A DNA stretch of 64,000 nt, taken from assembly GCA_964016885.1 (NCBI GenBank), contig OZ024745.1, forward strand, positions 105,338,001 to 105,402,000, in the 5' to 3' direction. Under the pieces are notes generated by a model. It had not been told where the DNA came from and did not search any database. It worked only from the letters and a program-made list of their open reading frames with translations. Below, one piece after another: positions 27,980 to 44,149 of this stretch. This DNA comes from Eledone cirrhosa. Its lineage: Eukaryota. The first letter of the stretch is position 1; each line of letters begins with the position of its first letter. The translations under genes were made by a program, and so were the position numbers.

Positions 27980-27994
27980 TTATATATATATATT

Positions 27995-28030
<36 letters not shown>

Positions 28031-28034
28031 TATT

Positions 28035-28164
<130 letters not shown>

Positions 28165-28175
28165 TACATATATAA

Positions 28176-28209
<34 letters not shown>

Positions 28210-28220
28210 CTACATACATA

Positions 28221-28266
<46 letters not shown>

Positions 28267-28271
28267 AATAT

Positions 28272-28338
<67 letters not shown>

Positions 28339-28669
28339 ACTACCAAACAGACATTTATTTGAATATCTGCTACAATTTATGTACATATTATGTAGAGATA
28401 GATATAGAGATGTATAAATTTTAGTGGTAATTGATATAGAGAGGAAGGAGGCGAGAGTGTGTTGTACATTAGATATAGAGGGGGGGTGATGTTTATTGAT
28501 ATACCAGTAATTGTTGCAAGTCAATGGTCGTATTTGTTCTTTGCTAGGAGGGTTGCGACAATTTTACTGGTATCGACCTGGGGAATAAGGTGGGTTTAGA
28601 TAGATTTCATTTGTTCGTGTTTGTGGATAACTTTGTATTCTTTACATATTTATGTTATATATATTTTTT

Positions 28670-28920
28670 TTTACGGGCAAAAACAACTTGCAGGAGACCC
28701 AGATCTAGACCTCAGCAAAGTGGCTGGATAACAACCATGAGTTCGGCAGTTCTCGTTTAGGGATCCAGCCGGATCAGTTGAAAACGGTTGCTTTTGATTG
28801 GACACGCAGGAAGGATTGCCCAGAAAAACAAAGTCAGCGAAGAAGAAGAAGAAGAAGAAGAAGAAGAAGAAGAAGAAGAAGAAGAAGAAGAAGAAGAAGA
28901 AGAAGAAGAAGAAGAAGAAG
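28670..28920 (+). mobile_element. RTE-like LINE 3' fragment with (GAA)n tail
   Basis: RRPRSRP..KWLDN-like C-terminus followed by GAA repeat. Confidence 0.45.
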
Positions 28921-29009
28921 ACTTTATATACAATTTTGACCAAATATCTGCATACTTGTACAAAACCATGGTACATAAATAGATGAAGAGTGTCATGATC
29001 TCACTCTCT

Positions 29010-29111
<102 letters not shown>

Positions 29112-29577
29112 CACATTAAAATGGAAATTTAATAATGGATGAATATTTTTTAAAAACAACATTGCTTTGGCTACAAATGTAATATTTTAGCATAACATAT
29201 CAATAATAGTTTTTATTTCCGTTTGTATTTCTCTATGTTTGTACAAAAATATATCTTCATTGATAGTTGTTTCCTGTGATGTATCTGAAAGTACACCATT
29301 TTAACTCATTTAATAATATTATTTAAGGTAAAACAATGTTGAATCCATTTTTTCGCTTTGTATAATACCCTGACTGAAATGTAAACGGTGTATCATTGAA
29401 AGCAGTATACCTGGTAGTAAACACTCACACAAAGCAAAGTACGAACTATCTCCCCTTCACATTCATACACACACGTATACGTACACGCGCACACATACTC
29501 AAACGTGTGCACATACACACAGAAAAATAACAAGACAAGCACACACACATGCACACTCAGGCACACACACACATACT

Positions 29578-29632
<55 letters not shown>

Positions 29633-29810
29633 ATATATATAGAGAGAAAGATAGATATATAGATAGGTACATAAACACACACACACACACATATATGTAT
29701 ATATTTATGTCTATACCTAGATAGATATACATATATGGATATATATATATATATACACACACATACATACATACATATAAACATACATACATACATATAT
29801 ATATATATAT

Positions 29811-29983
<173 letters not shown>

Positions 29984-30930
29984 TATATGTATACGTTATA
30001 GACATAAACCCATACCATTACATTCATGCATGTCAATACTCATAGTGTAGCTATACATTTTCAATATTCTTTTGTTTTTATTACGACTATTGTTATTTTT
30101 CTTCTATAATGTTGCTATTAGAAATCAAACTACCAACCGTTCAGTTATTTATTGATGTTTTGACGAAAAAGCGCAATAAAAACTTAAAACCGACCATAAA
30201 ACAGAAAAATAAAGATTTCTAACGTACAAACATACATAAAAATGTGAATGTATATATAATTCTAGTTTACTTACTTTGGAAACCACACAAGAAAATAAAT
30301 TCTCATAAATAAAGCAACAAATAAGGTTGTTTTTTTTTCTAAAATAAAAAAAGATACTGGAACAACACTCTATCATATATATATAAATAAGGCAACTAAA
30401 TGTAAATTTTCTACATATTCTCTCAGAAAGTGACTGCTTTTTTTCTCGATGAATTTAATGTTGCCTAAATCTCTGACAGATTTTAGACAAAAAAAGCAAA
30501 ACATGCAATGAATTTATCTCGCTGGACTTGTTTTGTACATCAAACTTTTATTTCTTTCGGTTATGTCATAAATCAAACAACTAGAAACATACTCTTCCTC
30601 TCGTCTCCCTCCTATATACATTAGACTGGCACCGAGGCGTTTTTTTTTCAGGGGAAAGGCTGACATCATTCCGTTAACTATTATGGCTGGTAGTTGTTTA
30701 CAAAGAAGCTTCTGTATAGATTCAATTAACTCCGGTTGAAGAATATCCAATATGTTGAGACGTTAATAAGTTATATAAGAAGCTGATGTTTATCTCCTGA
30801 TCACCCCCTCTTCAAGCAGGTCTATGATACAAAGGAATTTTTTAGCGATGACCAGCAACCACCCGTTTTTGTAGACAATTTTTAACTTCTCTATATGGTC
30901 GACTGTCTTTTATTTTCCTAGAGCCCCCTC

Positions 30931-31007
<77 letters not shown>

Positions 31008-31130
31008 CATGTAACATGTACAATAATTTATAGACAGTAAGGTGGGAGAATCTTGGTGCTATATCTAACAAGTCGAGTGACTGTGCAAAAGCTTCCTTAA
31101 ATATGTATATGTGTATATATATATATATAT

Positions 31131-31194
<64 letters not shown>

Positions 31195-31198
<4 letters not shown>

Positions 31199-31375
31199 AG
31201 AGTCGGGACCCCGACGGCTAAGCTCCGGCCTTTCCGACAGCTAGGATCTAGCTGTCTAAACGGCCGGATCTCAGCCGTCGGGGTCTTGACTCTTTTCCTA
31301 TTACCGACTCTACTGCCCTAAGTATCGAACACTCTGGTGCGTTATGGTCCACCTGGTTCCTTACCACACTTTCAC
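31195..31375 (+). mobile_element. Fold-back family F
   Basis: Hairpin apex GACAGCTAG-GAT-CTAGCTGTC; shared tail. Confidence 0.8.
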
Positions 31376-31407
31376 ACTTTTTTGTTCTTTGTTATATATA
31401 TATATTA

Positions 31408-31545
31408 ATGAAGACGTGTGGCTGAGTGGTTAGAGAATTGGATTCGCAACCGTAAGGTTGTGAGTTCGATTCCAGGACCGGGTGATGCGTTGTGTCCTTG
31501 AGCAAGACACTTTATTTTACATTGCTCCTTCTACCTGGAGTTGCG
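31408..31545 (+). mobile_element. SINE family B 5' part
   Basis: Matches reverse complement of 2790-2926. Confidence 0.85.
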
Positions 31546-31687
31546 ACCGATAGAGAGTATTAGCAATAAGGAAGACAAACGGAAACATTGTTACCTCGGT
31601 TCGATTTGACGAAAGTCGATCGACTGTCGATATGTGTGTGTATATATATATATATATGTGAATATACTCTCTCTTTATATATATATA

Positions 31688-31785
31688 CAGGGTATCCCAC
31701 CAAAATGTATACACATATCAACTAATAAACATCGTCAGTACAGGTAATCAAAGTGTGTACAGTATACATTTTTGGGGTCACCCTG
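31688..31785. mobile_element. Tc1/mariner MITE
   Basis: TA|CAGGGT..AAAATGTATAC ... GTATACATTTT..ACCCTG|TA. Confidence 0.75.
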
Positions 31786-32454
31786 TATACATATTATTTT
31801 GCCTGGAACTGACTCATGCCTTGAAGCTTTCCGCAATGAGATTTTATTGTTGTTAGTTATACTGTTCTTATTGTTATCTAAATTGGAGTTTTTCTCATTT
31901 TTCTCTTTCATGCTTCTCAAATTGTAACTGTTTATGTTTATAACTGTTTGTGATTATTTGTTATGTTTTGTTTTTGCTTTGATTTTTTTAACCTGTATTC
32001 GTGGTTTTTGAAATATTTGGATGTATTCATTACTTTTATTGTGGTTAGCAATTCATATTTTTACGATGAAGTGGATGTTTGCAAAAATATATATACGCAA
32101 TAAAATGTCCAAGGACTCTATATTTTCCATCCGATCTAATGAGGTAGATATTAAAATATCTTTGTAAAATGACCAAAGAAATCCCCCCCAAAAAACTTCC
32201 CCTTTCTGTGCTTCTTGTACGACGTCATCCTATATACGGAGGTATCATCCCCATTTTTGTTTTCAATACCAAGCACCTATTACAGTATATCCTACGTATA
32301 GTACACACCGAGTCATACAACGCTAAAAGAGTCCTTTAATTGATTCTTTAAGCGTATGTCGAAGACGTTTTCGGCCTTCACGAAGCAAAGGCACATCACA
32401 TCTCTCCTTGCTTGTACTTGGATGAATTCAGCAGGCAAGCGGGAACACACTATT

Positions 32455-32645
32455 GGGAGGTGAACTGGCAGTATCGGTAGAGCGTCGGACGCCATGCTTT
32501 CCAGCATAGTTACGTCCCTTTACGGTCTGAGTTCAAATCCCGTCGAGGTTGACTTTGCCTTTCATCCTTACGGGGGTCGATAAAATAAAGCACCAGTAAT
32601 GCACTGGGTAATTGCTGGCCTTGTGCCTAAAGTAGAAACAATTAT
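32455..32645 (+). mobile_element. SINE family A
   Basis: Family match; TSD TATTGGGA. Confidence 0.9.
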
Positions 32646-33147
32646 TGGGATTTAACGATGTTATCTACCTTCTGTGACCGGATACAAACTTGGTACAAAA
32701 CATTCCTCTTACCTGCATTGCTAGCAAACGAGGTGGTGTTAGCACAAGTCTGCGTTGTTGTTGTTGTTGTTGTTGTTCGAAGTCTTGTTTATGTTGTCAG
32801 TGATATTTACGTTTTCTGGTGCCAATATTCAAAAGCTGCAAACACAAAAAGATACTTTTCAGAAAAATAAAATAATGTCTAAATGAGATACAATATATTT
32901 TTCCCAATCCCCGGACGAAAAAAAAAAAAAAATTCATCCAGAAAATCTTGGTAAAAATCCAATTTTCTTGGAGACGTTTCGCAACCTTATAATAATTATA
33001 ATATTAACAAGAAGAAGAAGAAGAAGAAGAAGAAGAAGAAGAAGAAGAAACAACAACAACAACAACAACGGCAACAACTTTAACAAATACAATAAATATA
33101 GATACACATAAGTATGTGAATACGTATGTATATATATATATGACTGG

Positions 33148-33189
<42 letters not shown>

Positions 33190-33349
33190 CTATGGGTGTC
33201 TTTGCATGCATGTATGTAAGCATGTATAGATGTATGTATATATATATATATGTATATGTATGTATGTATATATATATGTAATACAGTATTTACGTATCGA
33301 GAGAGAAAAAAAAGGGAGGATAGGTGATACATATAGTTATTTGCCAAGT

Positions 33350-34512
33350 AGCGTATGCCAAAGGTGCTCGATACTAGTGCCGGCAGTATTAAATATTCGA
33401 AGTGTTAATATTTAGTGGGCTAGAGAGTTAGCAGAGCGTAAGCCCGTGGAAAAGTAAGAAATCGGAGAATAGATCGTTAAAACATGTTTATTTAAAACAG
33501 CACCTACGTATGTTTTGCCCAGTTGGGCTTCTCAAGGGCATAAATAACCAAAACTGTTCCTTACATTGCTCGGAAAGAGTTTTTGGAGTTAGGTTCACGT
33601 CAAGATTCATTGCTCGCAAAAATAGCGTGTTTTGATTTTGCAGCAGGTCAAGGGAGGTAACTCTGGTCGGTGTTAGGGCAGTCTTTTCCGGACAAATTTT
33701 TATCCGTTATAACATGTGGTTACAACCTTACCTTTGTCGATACGCACAGGCTCATGTAATCAACGGTTATTTTGAGAGGTTTGTTTGTCCGCACCTGTTT
33801 GCCTGGGTCGTTTGAGGCTGGGTCTGGTATGCATGGTTAGTTTCCTGGGTGTTATTTTGCAGCGCCTGCCCGCCGGGATGTTAAAACTTGTTGCAGGGAG
33901 ATCGGGTACACGGTTTCAGTCGTCATCCTTAACCCATCTGAAGAAGGATATTTTTAAGCGATGTGTACAACTTATCGCTGTTTCAGCTCTGCTGTTGATG
34001 AGCTCGTGGGGTGCAGTTATGATGCGGTAGAGCTCCATGAGGCAAAGATCGCACTTCCTCTTGAAATTGTACGGTGCAGCCCTGCCGACAATATCCCAGT
34101 GCGTGGAGAAGCTGATGTTTAAGTCCTTTAATGACGTGATGTAGTCCGCGAGCGAAGTGGAGTGTCTTAATTTCTTATTTGTGATAGAGTGGAGATGTGT
34201 TCGAAACCTAATTTTGAACGGGCCGGAGGTAGCCCCTATATAATGTTTGACGCTATTGTGGCTAGTTACAATGCATCTATATATAACCCTTTCAGTAAAG
34301 CTATAAGGGGGCAGCGTCCCCTGTCGCGGCAGTTGCAATTTCTGTCGCGGTTCCATTCATTTCCCACGGTAAGGCTATCATTGTTGCTGCCTACGTTGTT
34401 ATCTACGCTCCCGCAGCTGTCGTTAGCACCATTACAACCCACAGCGCGCGGGGTGGTACGATTATTATTCCGCACGTCATGTCCTGCATGTTCCCCAGTC
34501 ATTTCGCGGTTA
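33350..34512 (-). mobile_element. 5'-truncated PLE (GIY-YIG ORF 33916-34510) with degenerate U3-A8 HHR at 33500-33540
   Basis: CNCRDRGRCPL, VIYRC..HYIGATSGPFKIRFRTH, CDLC..E, CTH; GCCC TTGAGAA GCCC-AACT-GGGC AAAA CATACG TA. Confidence 0.85.
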
Positions 34513-34591
34513 TGCTGATTGCGTGTGCGTATGTATGCATGTATGTGTGTGTGTGTGTGTCTATACAAGTATGTATAAATGTATTTCATAT

Positions 34592-34698
<107 letters not shown>

Positions 34699-34875
34699 CA
34701 TAATACACACACATATATATATATATATATATGGAAACACACATATATATATGTATGTGCATATATTGATGTGTATGTGTGAATGTATGAGTTCGATATA
34801 TGTACATAGTTATAAATAATTTTGTCTGGCATTCTAGCACATCTTGTTCTTACTTCGTGTCACGTTATTAACTAT

Positions 34876-35470
34876 CTATAATATAAAGCTGACGGCCGTA
34901 TGTATGTAACAATCTTTTCGCCAAACGGCTGGACCAAACAGCACCAAATTTGCACCATAGATGTAACTTTTTCCAAGTAAAAAAGTGAGGGTATTTTTGT
35001 CTACTGAATTTTGTTAAAAGATTAAAGACATTATTTAAATATTCACTTCTTTAAAATTTCAAATGTCAACACTTCCGGTTGTACGACATTCCTCCGTTTT
35101 TCTTATGACGTCGCACAACATTCCCCTCTTTTTCTTAGTCTGTCTTTTTAGATAGATACATAGCTATAACGTTACACCCTTATAACATGTCTCTGTATGT
35201 CTGACTGTCTGCATTAGATAACGTTTTTCGAAATATTTACTTCAGCGTTCACAGATTGATTTTTTTAGTTTCAGAAGATCCCGTTAAAGGTGAAAGCCTT
35301 TGCTTAAACTTTAATTTGTTATTTTAATATATATATATTCGTGTACAGATATTTTTGCATACGCAAAAACAAAAACCTATTTATTTCACGAAAGCACAGA
35401 TGGCTTATCGTCATTGTTACTTTTCGAGGTTAGAGGACCACAGTCTTTCCAGTCTTTGAAGATATTCAAA
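34876..35470 (+). mobile_element. Helitron remnant
   Basis: 5' A|TCTATAATATAAAG; LLLFEVRGPQSFQSLK resembles the RepHel LLLxxVxGPTSF motif. Confidence 0.6.
35218..35330 (+). mobile_element. Fragment of U4A-HHR family
   Basis: Matches 2228-2345 with stem III deleted. Confidence 0.75.
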
Positions 35471-35843
35471 ACAACAAACAGCGAAGGACGCATTCCGGAC
35501 TTGTCCGACAGACAACCTCTTCCCCCACCCCGGAAAACCCCCCAGTTGATGGATGTGAATCCGAAATATATAGGGACTATTAAATCTCTCCCAAGGTAAC
35601 TCTCTCTTGTGTTGTTATTTTTATTTTATCCTTTATACTCTTCCCTTCATTCTACACATCTCACACATCTTATACACACCACGCATCTCAACGTACACCC
35701 ACCAACATCTCTCTCTCCACCACCGGACCTTGTTACCCGGAGATTTACCCATTTGCATTGTCGAGGCTTCCAAACGACTTAAAGATATTTACTTATTGTT
35801 CCACAATGCTTCAAGCAAACTTCAATACTCTCTTATCTATCTA

Positions 35844-35993
<150 letters not shown>

Positions 35994-35996
35994 TAT

Positions 35997-36470
35997 GGAC
36001 AAAATGAAATTTCTCACTCTTAGTACGATGGTTGCTAGATACTGTACGGCTTAATTTGGGATGTTTGTTTACAAACAAACCGAGTATTATAATAAATTCT
36101 CGGTAAATCCATAGGTACATATATATATACATGTGTGCATGTATGTATATATATACATACTACTGTACGTCTGTATACATATATGTATGTACGTATACAT
36201 ACTTATATTTAAGTAACAGCCGTACTAAGAGTGAGAAATGAAATTTCGTTCCAAATTTTCCATTTATCTTTTTCGGTGCGCCTGGCCGATTAACTCACTC
36301 GATATGCAAATTAGGCTGCTCAGCCGTTAATTTGCAACAAACCGAGCATTATAATAAATGCTCGGTAAATCCATACGTACATATATATATATATGTGTGC
36401 ATGTATGTATATATATACATACTACTATACGTCTGTATACTTATATGTATGTACGTCTACATACTTATTT
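35997..36470. mobile_element. Rearranged copy of the 58034-58669 family (HHR lost)
   Basis: Shared GATGGTTGCTAGA..CCGAGCATTATAATAAAT and GTACTAAGAGTGAGAAAT; partial tandem plus short inversions. Confidence 0.8.
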
Positions 36471-36479
36471 ATATATAAT

Positions 36480-36650
36480 ATAGAAACGGCTCCTACAGGA
36501 CTAGAACTGTTCCATTCGAATGAACTCATTAGGAAAGCCCTGATGATTCCTTCGAACGAAACAGTTCTATTCCTCCAGAAGCCATTTCTATATTAAATAT
36601 TTAAACTCTGGTATGTATTGTGTGCCTTCCTTACTGTTTGAACCCGAGAA
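36480..36650 (+). mobile_element. Fold-back with degenerate HHR in both arms
   Basis: TAGAACTGTT/AACAGTTCTA arms; CTGATGA TTC..GAAC GAAA. Confidence 0.6.
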
Positions 36651-36672
36651 ATACACACACACACACACACAC

Positions 36673-36748
<76 letters not shown>

Positions 36749-37268
36749 ACATGGAACAATCACAGGGAATAATTTACAAATTATTCCCTCTGATTGTTCC
36801 ATATGTTTATTTTATATATATATATGCCAATCTATTTCTAGTTGATATAAAATGCTCGGATCTATTCATTGGAATCTTTGAGCTTATTCTGCAGTGGATA
36901 GGGCGCATGACAACCCTTAATTTAGACATGACAACCCTTAATCTAATTTTGGATATATATATATATATATATATATCGTTTTTGAATTTGTTTTGCAAGA
37001 TTTCTTAACTGAAAGCATGTGTTGAAACAGATATTGTTATATTTTGGGAGGGTGATCCTACCAATAAAAACACACGCACCTGTTGGTCATCACTTAGATT
37101 TATTATAAATAAAAACCGAGTCATTGAGGTGGTCACAGAATGAGGGACGAAATAACTTTGACATTTTATAAACAACCATCCGGTTATCGAAACACCCAAC
37201 CAACCGGAATTTTGTGAAAAACACCAGGTGCATGTGTTTTTATTGGCAGCATGACTCTCCCAAACTAT

Positions 37269-37688
<420 letters not shown>

Positions 37689-37691
<3 letters not shown>

Positions 37692-37896
37692 AAGAGGAGT
37701 CAGGACCCCGACGGCAGAGCTCAAGCTGTTTCGACAGCTATTTATGGACTATTTTCAGTCCAGACATAGTTGTCGAAACGGCTTGAGCTCTGCCGTCGGG
37801 GTCCTGACTCCTCTCCTATTACCCACTCTACTACCCAAAGTATCGAGTACTCTGGTGCGTTATGGTCCACCTGGTTCCTTACCACACTTCCTTCGT
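37689..37896 (+). mobile_element. Fold-back family F
   Basis: Hairpin apex GACAGCTAT..ATAGTTGTC; shared tail. Confidence 0.85.
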
Positions 37897-37936
37897 TTTA
37901 TATATATTGAGAGAGAGGGAGAGTGTGAGAGTGAGT

Positions 37937-38003
<67 letters not shown>

Positions 38004-40191
38004 TGTGTGTGACCATGAACGTAGTGCTTTTACTCATTTTTCATTGTACTAATAATATATCTATGTATTCATGAATTACGTCTAAGTACTTTTTACATTT
38101 TCCACTCAAAGGAAGCTGCCTCTTTAGTATATAAGTAGCATTAATAGCTGAAATTACATAACGTCGTACGTTCATAAGATAATGTCTGTTAGTGTGTCAT
38201 GCAAGTACATATATATTTTTGGAGCTATTTAGAAAATAAAGTGAAAAATATCGCATATTTGTGCTGCAGAAAAAGATGAATATATTTATAATAGTATTTA
38301 GGTATAAATGAAAAGCAGATCGAAGATTACACACGCGCGCATCCCCCCCCCACACATACACACATATATATATATATGTGTGTTTTTATACATATATACA
38401 TACATATATATATATATACATACAGGGTGTTGCAAGCCCATGGCTAATGCAGACAACGTAGCTGTTTATTAATGATGAAATTGTGCAAGCCAATTGTTTT
38501 ATCATGCACTCCCTTCTATTGGCTTATTTAGAAGAAAAATAAAAGAAAAAAGAAAAACATTTACTGCTTCTCGAAGCAGCTTTTGCTTTTTACTCTCTAT
38601 TTTATTTTCTATTCTATCTTTCGTTCATTTCTTAATTTCATGCATGCATGAGCATCTAACTTGATGCTTGAATTGTTCTTGATCAAATTATTTGACACAA
38701 ACCTGTGGTGCTGCTTTTAAAAAGTTTTATTAAGAAAATGCCACCACTTTTTCCTGTTCTTTATTAATTTATCCTTTTTAACTTTATTATCATTTCTTCT
38801 TTCCTTTACTTTTTGAAAGAGCTTAATTTTCTCATGCTCTTCCATGCAAGCTCTAAATGGGTGATTCATCGTGATATTTATTGAAGTAAATAAAGAATGA
38901 AACAATAAAATATAACGTCTTAATAAAGCATTTTCTTTGTTTTTCGTCTTTGAATACATATTTCTAATGTCTATGATCTGTGTTGCCAAACAGTTCTTCG
39001 CGTGTTGCCAAAAATTCCATTACACATTGCCAAACGTGCTAGTTGGGGCGTACACAACCACGACTCAATGTAATGGTGACACCTTGGCTAGTTTTCTTCT
39101 TCCATCCTTTCTTAGTTTGCTTCTTTCATTTCTTTTTTTTTCCTTTCTTCATCTATTCTCTTGTTCATTCTTTTGTTCTCTAACGGGAAATATCGCCAGC
39201 ATCACGTAACTATTTATATCAATGGCAAGCTCCAAACAGCCTTGCTAGCAAAAGGTAATTAATGTTTCAAGCTGAATTAGGCTCTTTATGAATCAATGGC
39301 CTCAAAGAAAACTACTGTTGAAAGTTAGAAAATCCTTCGTCAAATTAAATAGCTGTTTCTTCATCATTCTCTAATTTTCTTTCTTCAAGTTTCTTGCATT
39401 ATTTTAAAGACCAAGAATACAAATGATTTGGATGAGCTGAATTGAAGAGTAACAAAAGCATGAAGAAGAAACATATAGCTGATAATATTAATTCCTCACG
39501 TTAGCATTTTGGAGATTCTCATAATCGATTATATCGACATGAGTATTTGACTGGTATTTTATCGATCCGGAAAAATGGATGAAAAACTTGATCCGGGTAA
39601 GATTTAAAAGTAGAACGTAAATTAACACAATTACGTACCTTTAGTCATGTGACCATCGTGTTATGTATTCCATCAAGACCTTACATCAGTTGAAAAAAAA
39701 AGTATTTGATTACTGTAGTAGTTTTCGTTCGTTTGTATGTAACTATTAAAGATGTAACTGGGAAAAAACTAGAAGAGAAAAATAAACGAATATGAGAAAA
39801 TATAAAAAATAAAACAAGAAGCAAAGCCGTAGAAATAATAGACAGCTTTACCTAGAATATTTAAACAATGTTACTTGTTGTAATGGATATAAATAGATTT
39901 ATTCTGCTGTTCTTTGTCAATGTTTTAATGCCAGTAACTACTGTTGGCAATATTGTTTTATGGCGTTAATGAATAAAGGAAAAAAAGAACAAACAAAACA
40001 AATATAGCGTTAAAAGATTCATGTAATATTACAACTGAAAGTACAGTTCTATTTATCAGAAACCTTTCTATTTCCTCTGAAAAACGAAAGTTTACCAAAG
40101 CAAGCCAGAGTTACAAATATGGAATTAGGAACTGGTAATCAACAACAGTAGCAATAGGAAATGTTAGAACATCATACACCTTTTAATCTAT

Positions 40192-40265
<74 letters not shown>

Positions 40266-40429
40266 CCTTTCTCTCGCTTGCTCACTCTCCCACTGAAACT
40301 CTTCAAAATATAACGAACACGCAACAGCAAAGCAAAAAGGAAATGTAAAACGTTTTCAGAAAAGTACTGCTAGCTAAATATTGATGACTAACCAAAGTTA
40401 TAGACGTGAAAACAAATATATCACAAAGA

Positions 40430-41340
40430 TAAAATATCAACTAAAACAGGACAAATCCATTGGGGGTGATCAAAACTACATTCAAAATCTACAAGGAATG
40501 TAATAAGTTGACAGCAACCATGTTGCCTATTTCACACAGTTTATTTTCGCACTTGCTTCAGTTTTACCTATACACAAGCAAAACTCCATAGTTGATCCAT
40601 TATAATATCAATCTATATTATTACCGAACGCCATAAGAAAATGGTATCAACAATCATTAAAAAATATCATACCATGGCTACATGCCAAATGATCAGTTCA
40701 ATCTGGAAAGGCAATTTGGGTTTAGAAGATTTTCTTATTATCTTACCCCAGAATATGGAATAATTACTTGGACATAATTCAAGAAATAACTATCATAGCC
40801 CTCGACATTGAAGGAAGCTTTGACAGAACATTTCACAACATACTTCACGTCTAGGTGAAATGACTTAGTGGGAACCGTTCAGGTATCTGCAAATGTAACT
40901 CAATAGCAGCCGATTAAATTAATTCTTCTATGCTAATCTTCTACTTCGCCAATCATTATTTATTGGCAGTATCGGTAGAGAGTCAGACGTCATGCTTTCC
41001 AGCATAGTTACGTCCCTTTACGATCTGAGTTCAAATCCCGCCGAGGTTGACTTTGCCTTTTATCCTTACGGGGTCGATAAAATAAAGTACCAGTAATGTA
41101 CTGGTTAATTGCTGGCCTTGTGCCAAAAGTAGAAACAATTATTTATCTGAGACAGAAAGGTCAACACTTGGTCCACCCTTGTTTCCGTTTTCATAAGCGT
41201 TGTTTACAATCCCTGCGAAAGTAAGTTGCACATATACGCCAGTGACTTCATGGTATTTACATTTGTAATATCTACAGGTGAAAGGGACCTAAACAGCAGT
41301 CATTCTAAAATTGTAAAATTTAAATCCTAGAGAAAGCTGG
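40430..41340 (+). pseudogene. Decayed LINE reverse transcriptase
   Basis: QFGFR-like, ALDIEGSFDR, GSTLGPPLF, YASD in RT order. Confidence 0.6.
40963..41140 (+). mobile_element. SINE family A inserted in LINE remnant
   Basis: Family match; TSD ATTATTTAT. Confidence 0.9.
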
Positions 41341-42790
41341 TCACGGAAGACAGATTCACCGCTTAAAATGTATTCACGAAGTATCATTGCCTACACATGC
41401 ATTTCACGTGCAACATTGAGAAAAAAACAAAACAGAACCAAGGTAAATAACCAGGACCGGATTTAGAACTAAGGTGTGGGGATGGGGAAGCTCTGAATAT
41501 TCTTATATGGCAGTATCATATACATCTTTATCCAAGAATTAGTCATTTTACAACATGCTCATGACCGCAAGATACCAATCTGACAGATTATTTCATAACA
41601 TCTATCATCATATAACAACTGTCACACACCACTTGCTGTTTTCATTACAGTAAAAAAAAAATATTGGTTTAATAATTTAAATATCCATAATGCTACTTTT
41701 TTCATGATTGCATGTGTTAAATCTTTAAATTAATCATTGAGTTTGAATTTATGGACTTCATCGTCTCTCTCAATAACACTTATATTATTGAATTCTCAAT
41801 GAGTTTAAAGAAACTGATCATGTAAATATCCTGTAAATTAGAAGAAAAAAAATCTATATTTTAGCATTATATAATTATGGCAGTGTTAATATTCATAGTA
41901 ATATTATATTAATTACGTATTATTGCATGTTATTACAGTCACTTGATATTTATAAATTGTTAGTATTGTTTTTATGTATTGTTTGTTTTATTGAATTTGT
42001 AAATTTTGTAATGTATTTTTTATTCTAAAATATATTGAATTGAACAGAAATAAAACGATATTTATGGACTATTAGATTTAATCGAACTACGAAATACCAG
42101 GTGTGGATGTTACTCTTGTTGGTGGTGATGATGGTGGTCCTGATGATTTTTTATTATTTAGTTCCTGGTCATACGTATTTAAGCAGATATATAACGAAAC
42201 GTGTATCACCCCTGACCACACTCCCTTAATTATAGATATCGTAGGTCTAGAATTACATTATACAATGGAACATTTCACATTTAGGGCGGTAGAATATACT
42301 TTGAGAGAGATTTGGCTGTTATTTGTAAAAAGGTTCTCTCGTTCGATTGTTTCAATGGAGTTGAATCTTACCTTTATGATTATAGATCTTTTAAAGAATT
42401 ATAATTCTTCTATGGTGATGTTTTAGATGGCTGGACACTCTAAAAGAGTATGATGATATTGTTTTGAAGAGATAGTGAGTTTTAAAAATTATCATTCATG
42501 AAATTTATAACAAATGTTTCACTTCATACAGAACAGTTTTCGAGACAGGCAATGGCGTTTTTGAATGCGTGCTCGAATTGAAAATGGTATTATTTTACTT
42601 TTGGCTTAGACATAAAAAGGAAAGGTGATGATTAAGACACTTCTGAGAACCCCCATGGCTGGTGACACGAAGAGAGCAAGTTATCTTCAGACTGGAAACT
42701 TGATTCGAATCCCTTCAACAGACTGGACTGAAATAAAGACACACAAAAAGCCATGTGGATGTGTTACATCGTGCACACGTGCTACGCCTA

Positions 42791-42837
<47 letters not shown>

Positions 42838-42984
42838 AAATTCCAATGCCAAGAAATTGGTTGATACGAGGCTATGGTGTGGTCGAAATCGATAACGCGT
42901 CGATGTCTTTTGTGATTGATAATATTTCCTATTACCCTCGTGTAGTTTAGCCAGTGACGTTTTCATATCATTTGGCATATTTTG

Positions 42985-43061
<77 letters not shown>

Positions 43062-43062
<1 letters not shown>

Positions 43063-43272
43063 GGCGCACTGGGGACTATCTCCAAAAGTTTCCAGGGATG
43101 GTTAAAGAAAATCGGCCCCTTCACGCTTTTTGGAACGCTTCAAAAGGCATGCTTGCTTGGAACAGCAAGAACCCTCCGATACGTCCTGAATATCTGAGGC
43201 TGCAGGTAGTGGCTTGATATTCAATCCAACGGACTTTCCAGTTAACCAACATCAATGACTGAGATTCAAGGA
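43062..43272 (+). mobile_element. R4/Dong LINE 3' end in (TAA)n
   Basis: GALGTISK..LQKACLLGTARTLRYVL*; TAA repeats both sides, the known Dong target. Confidence 0.85.
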
Positions 43273-43283
43273 ATAACAATAAC

Positions 43284-43316
<33 letters not shown>

Positions 43317-43370
43317 TATTATTATCATTATCATTATATATATATCTACTTATGTACACACACACATACA

Positions 43371-43442
<72 letters not shown>

Positions 43443-43479
43443 TACACAGACACCCACACACGCACATATATATATATAC

Positions 43480-43511
<32 letters not shown>

Positions 43512-43559
43512 GCATATATATATGTGTGTATATATTTATATATATATGTATATATATAT

Positions 43560-43682
<123 letters not shown>

Positions 43683-44149
43683 TAATGTTCCTTGAACTGA
43701 CATATCAAAGGAAATGTTATAGTAAGCGTTACTACGTGAAGTGGCATCTAGATCTGCATATTTCCCCTTTCATTCTGGTATAGATCTAATCTCTTTGATC
43801 ATCAACATCGTCATTGTGGTGTGGTCATCTCTCTCATCCTCATCACACCATTACCAGCCCCAACATCATCACCGCCATCTATGTGTTTACTATAGCTACA
43901 AGAAATAGTAAACACATATTTTTCAAATCACACCCTACAGCCTTAACTGCGTTGAAGAAGGTAGTGCCTTATATAGGAAAGGATGGGCTGGTCATGGATG
44001 GAAGGCCTTTGATCATAGGTCCGCTATATCAGGACCAACTTGGGTTAAAGATAAACAATCACCAACATGATTTTAACCACCGCCCCACCGCCGCCACTAC
44101 CACTGCCGCTCTGACTATGACGATAAAGATAACCAAGAGAAGTATCATC

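Noticed and set aside
30420-30935. piggyBac-like remnant; end shared with 10886-10940
   Set aside because: Similarity too weak to call without a search
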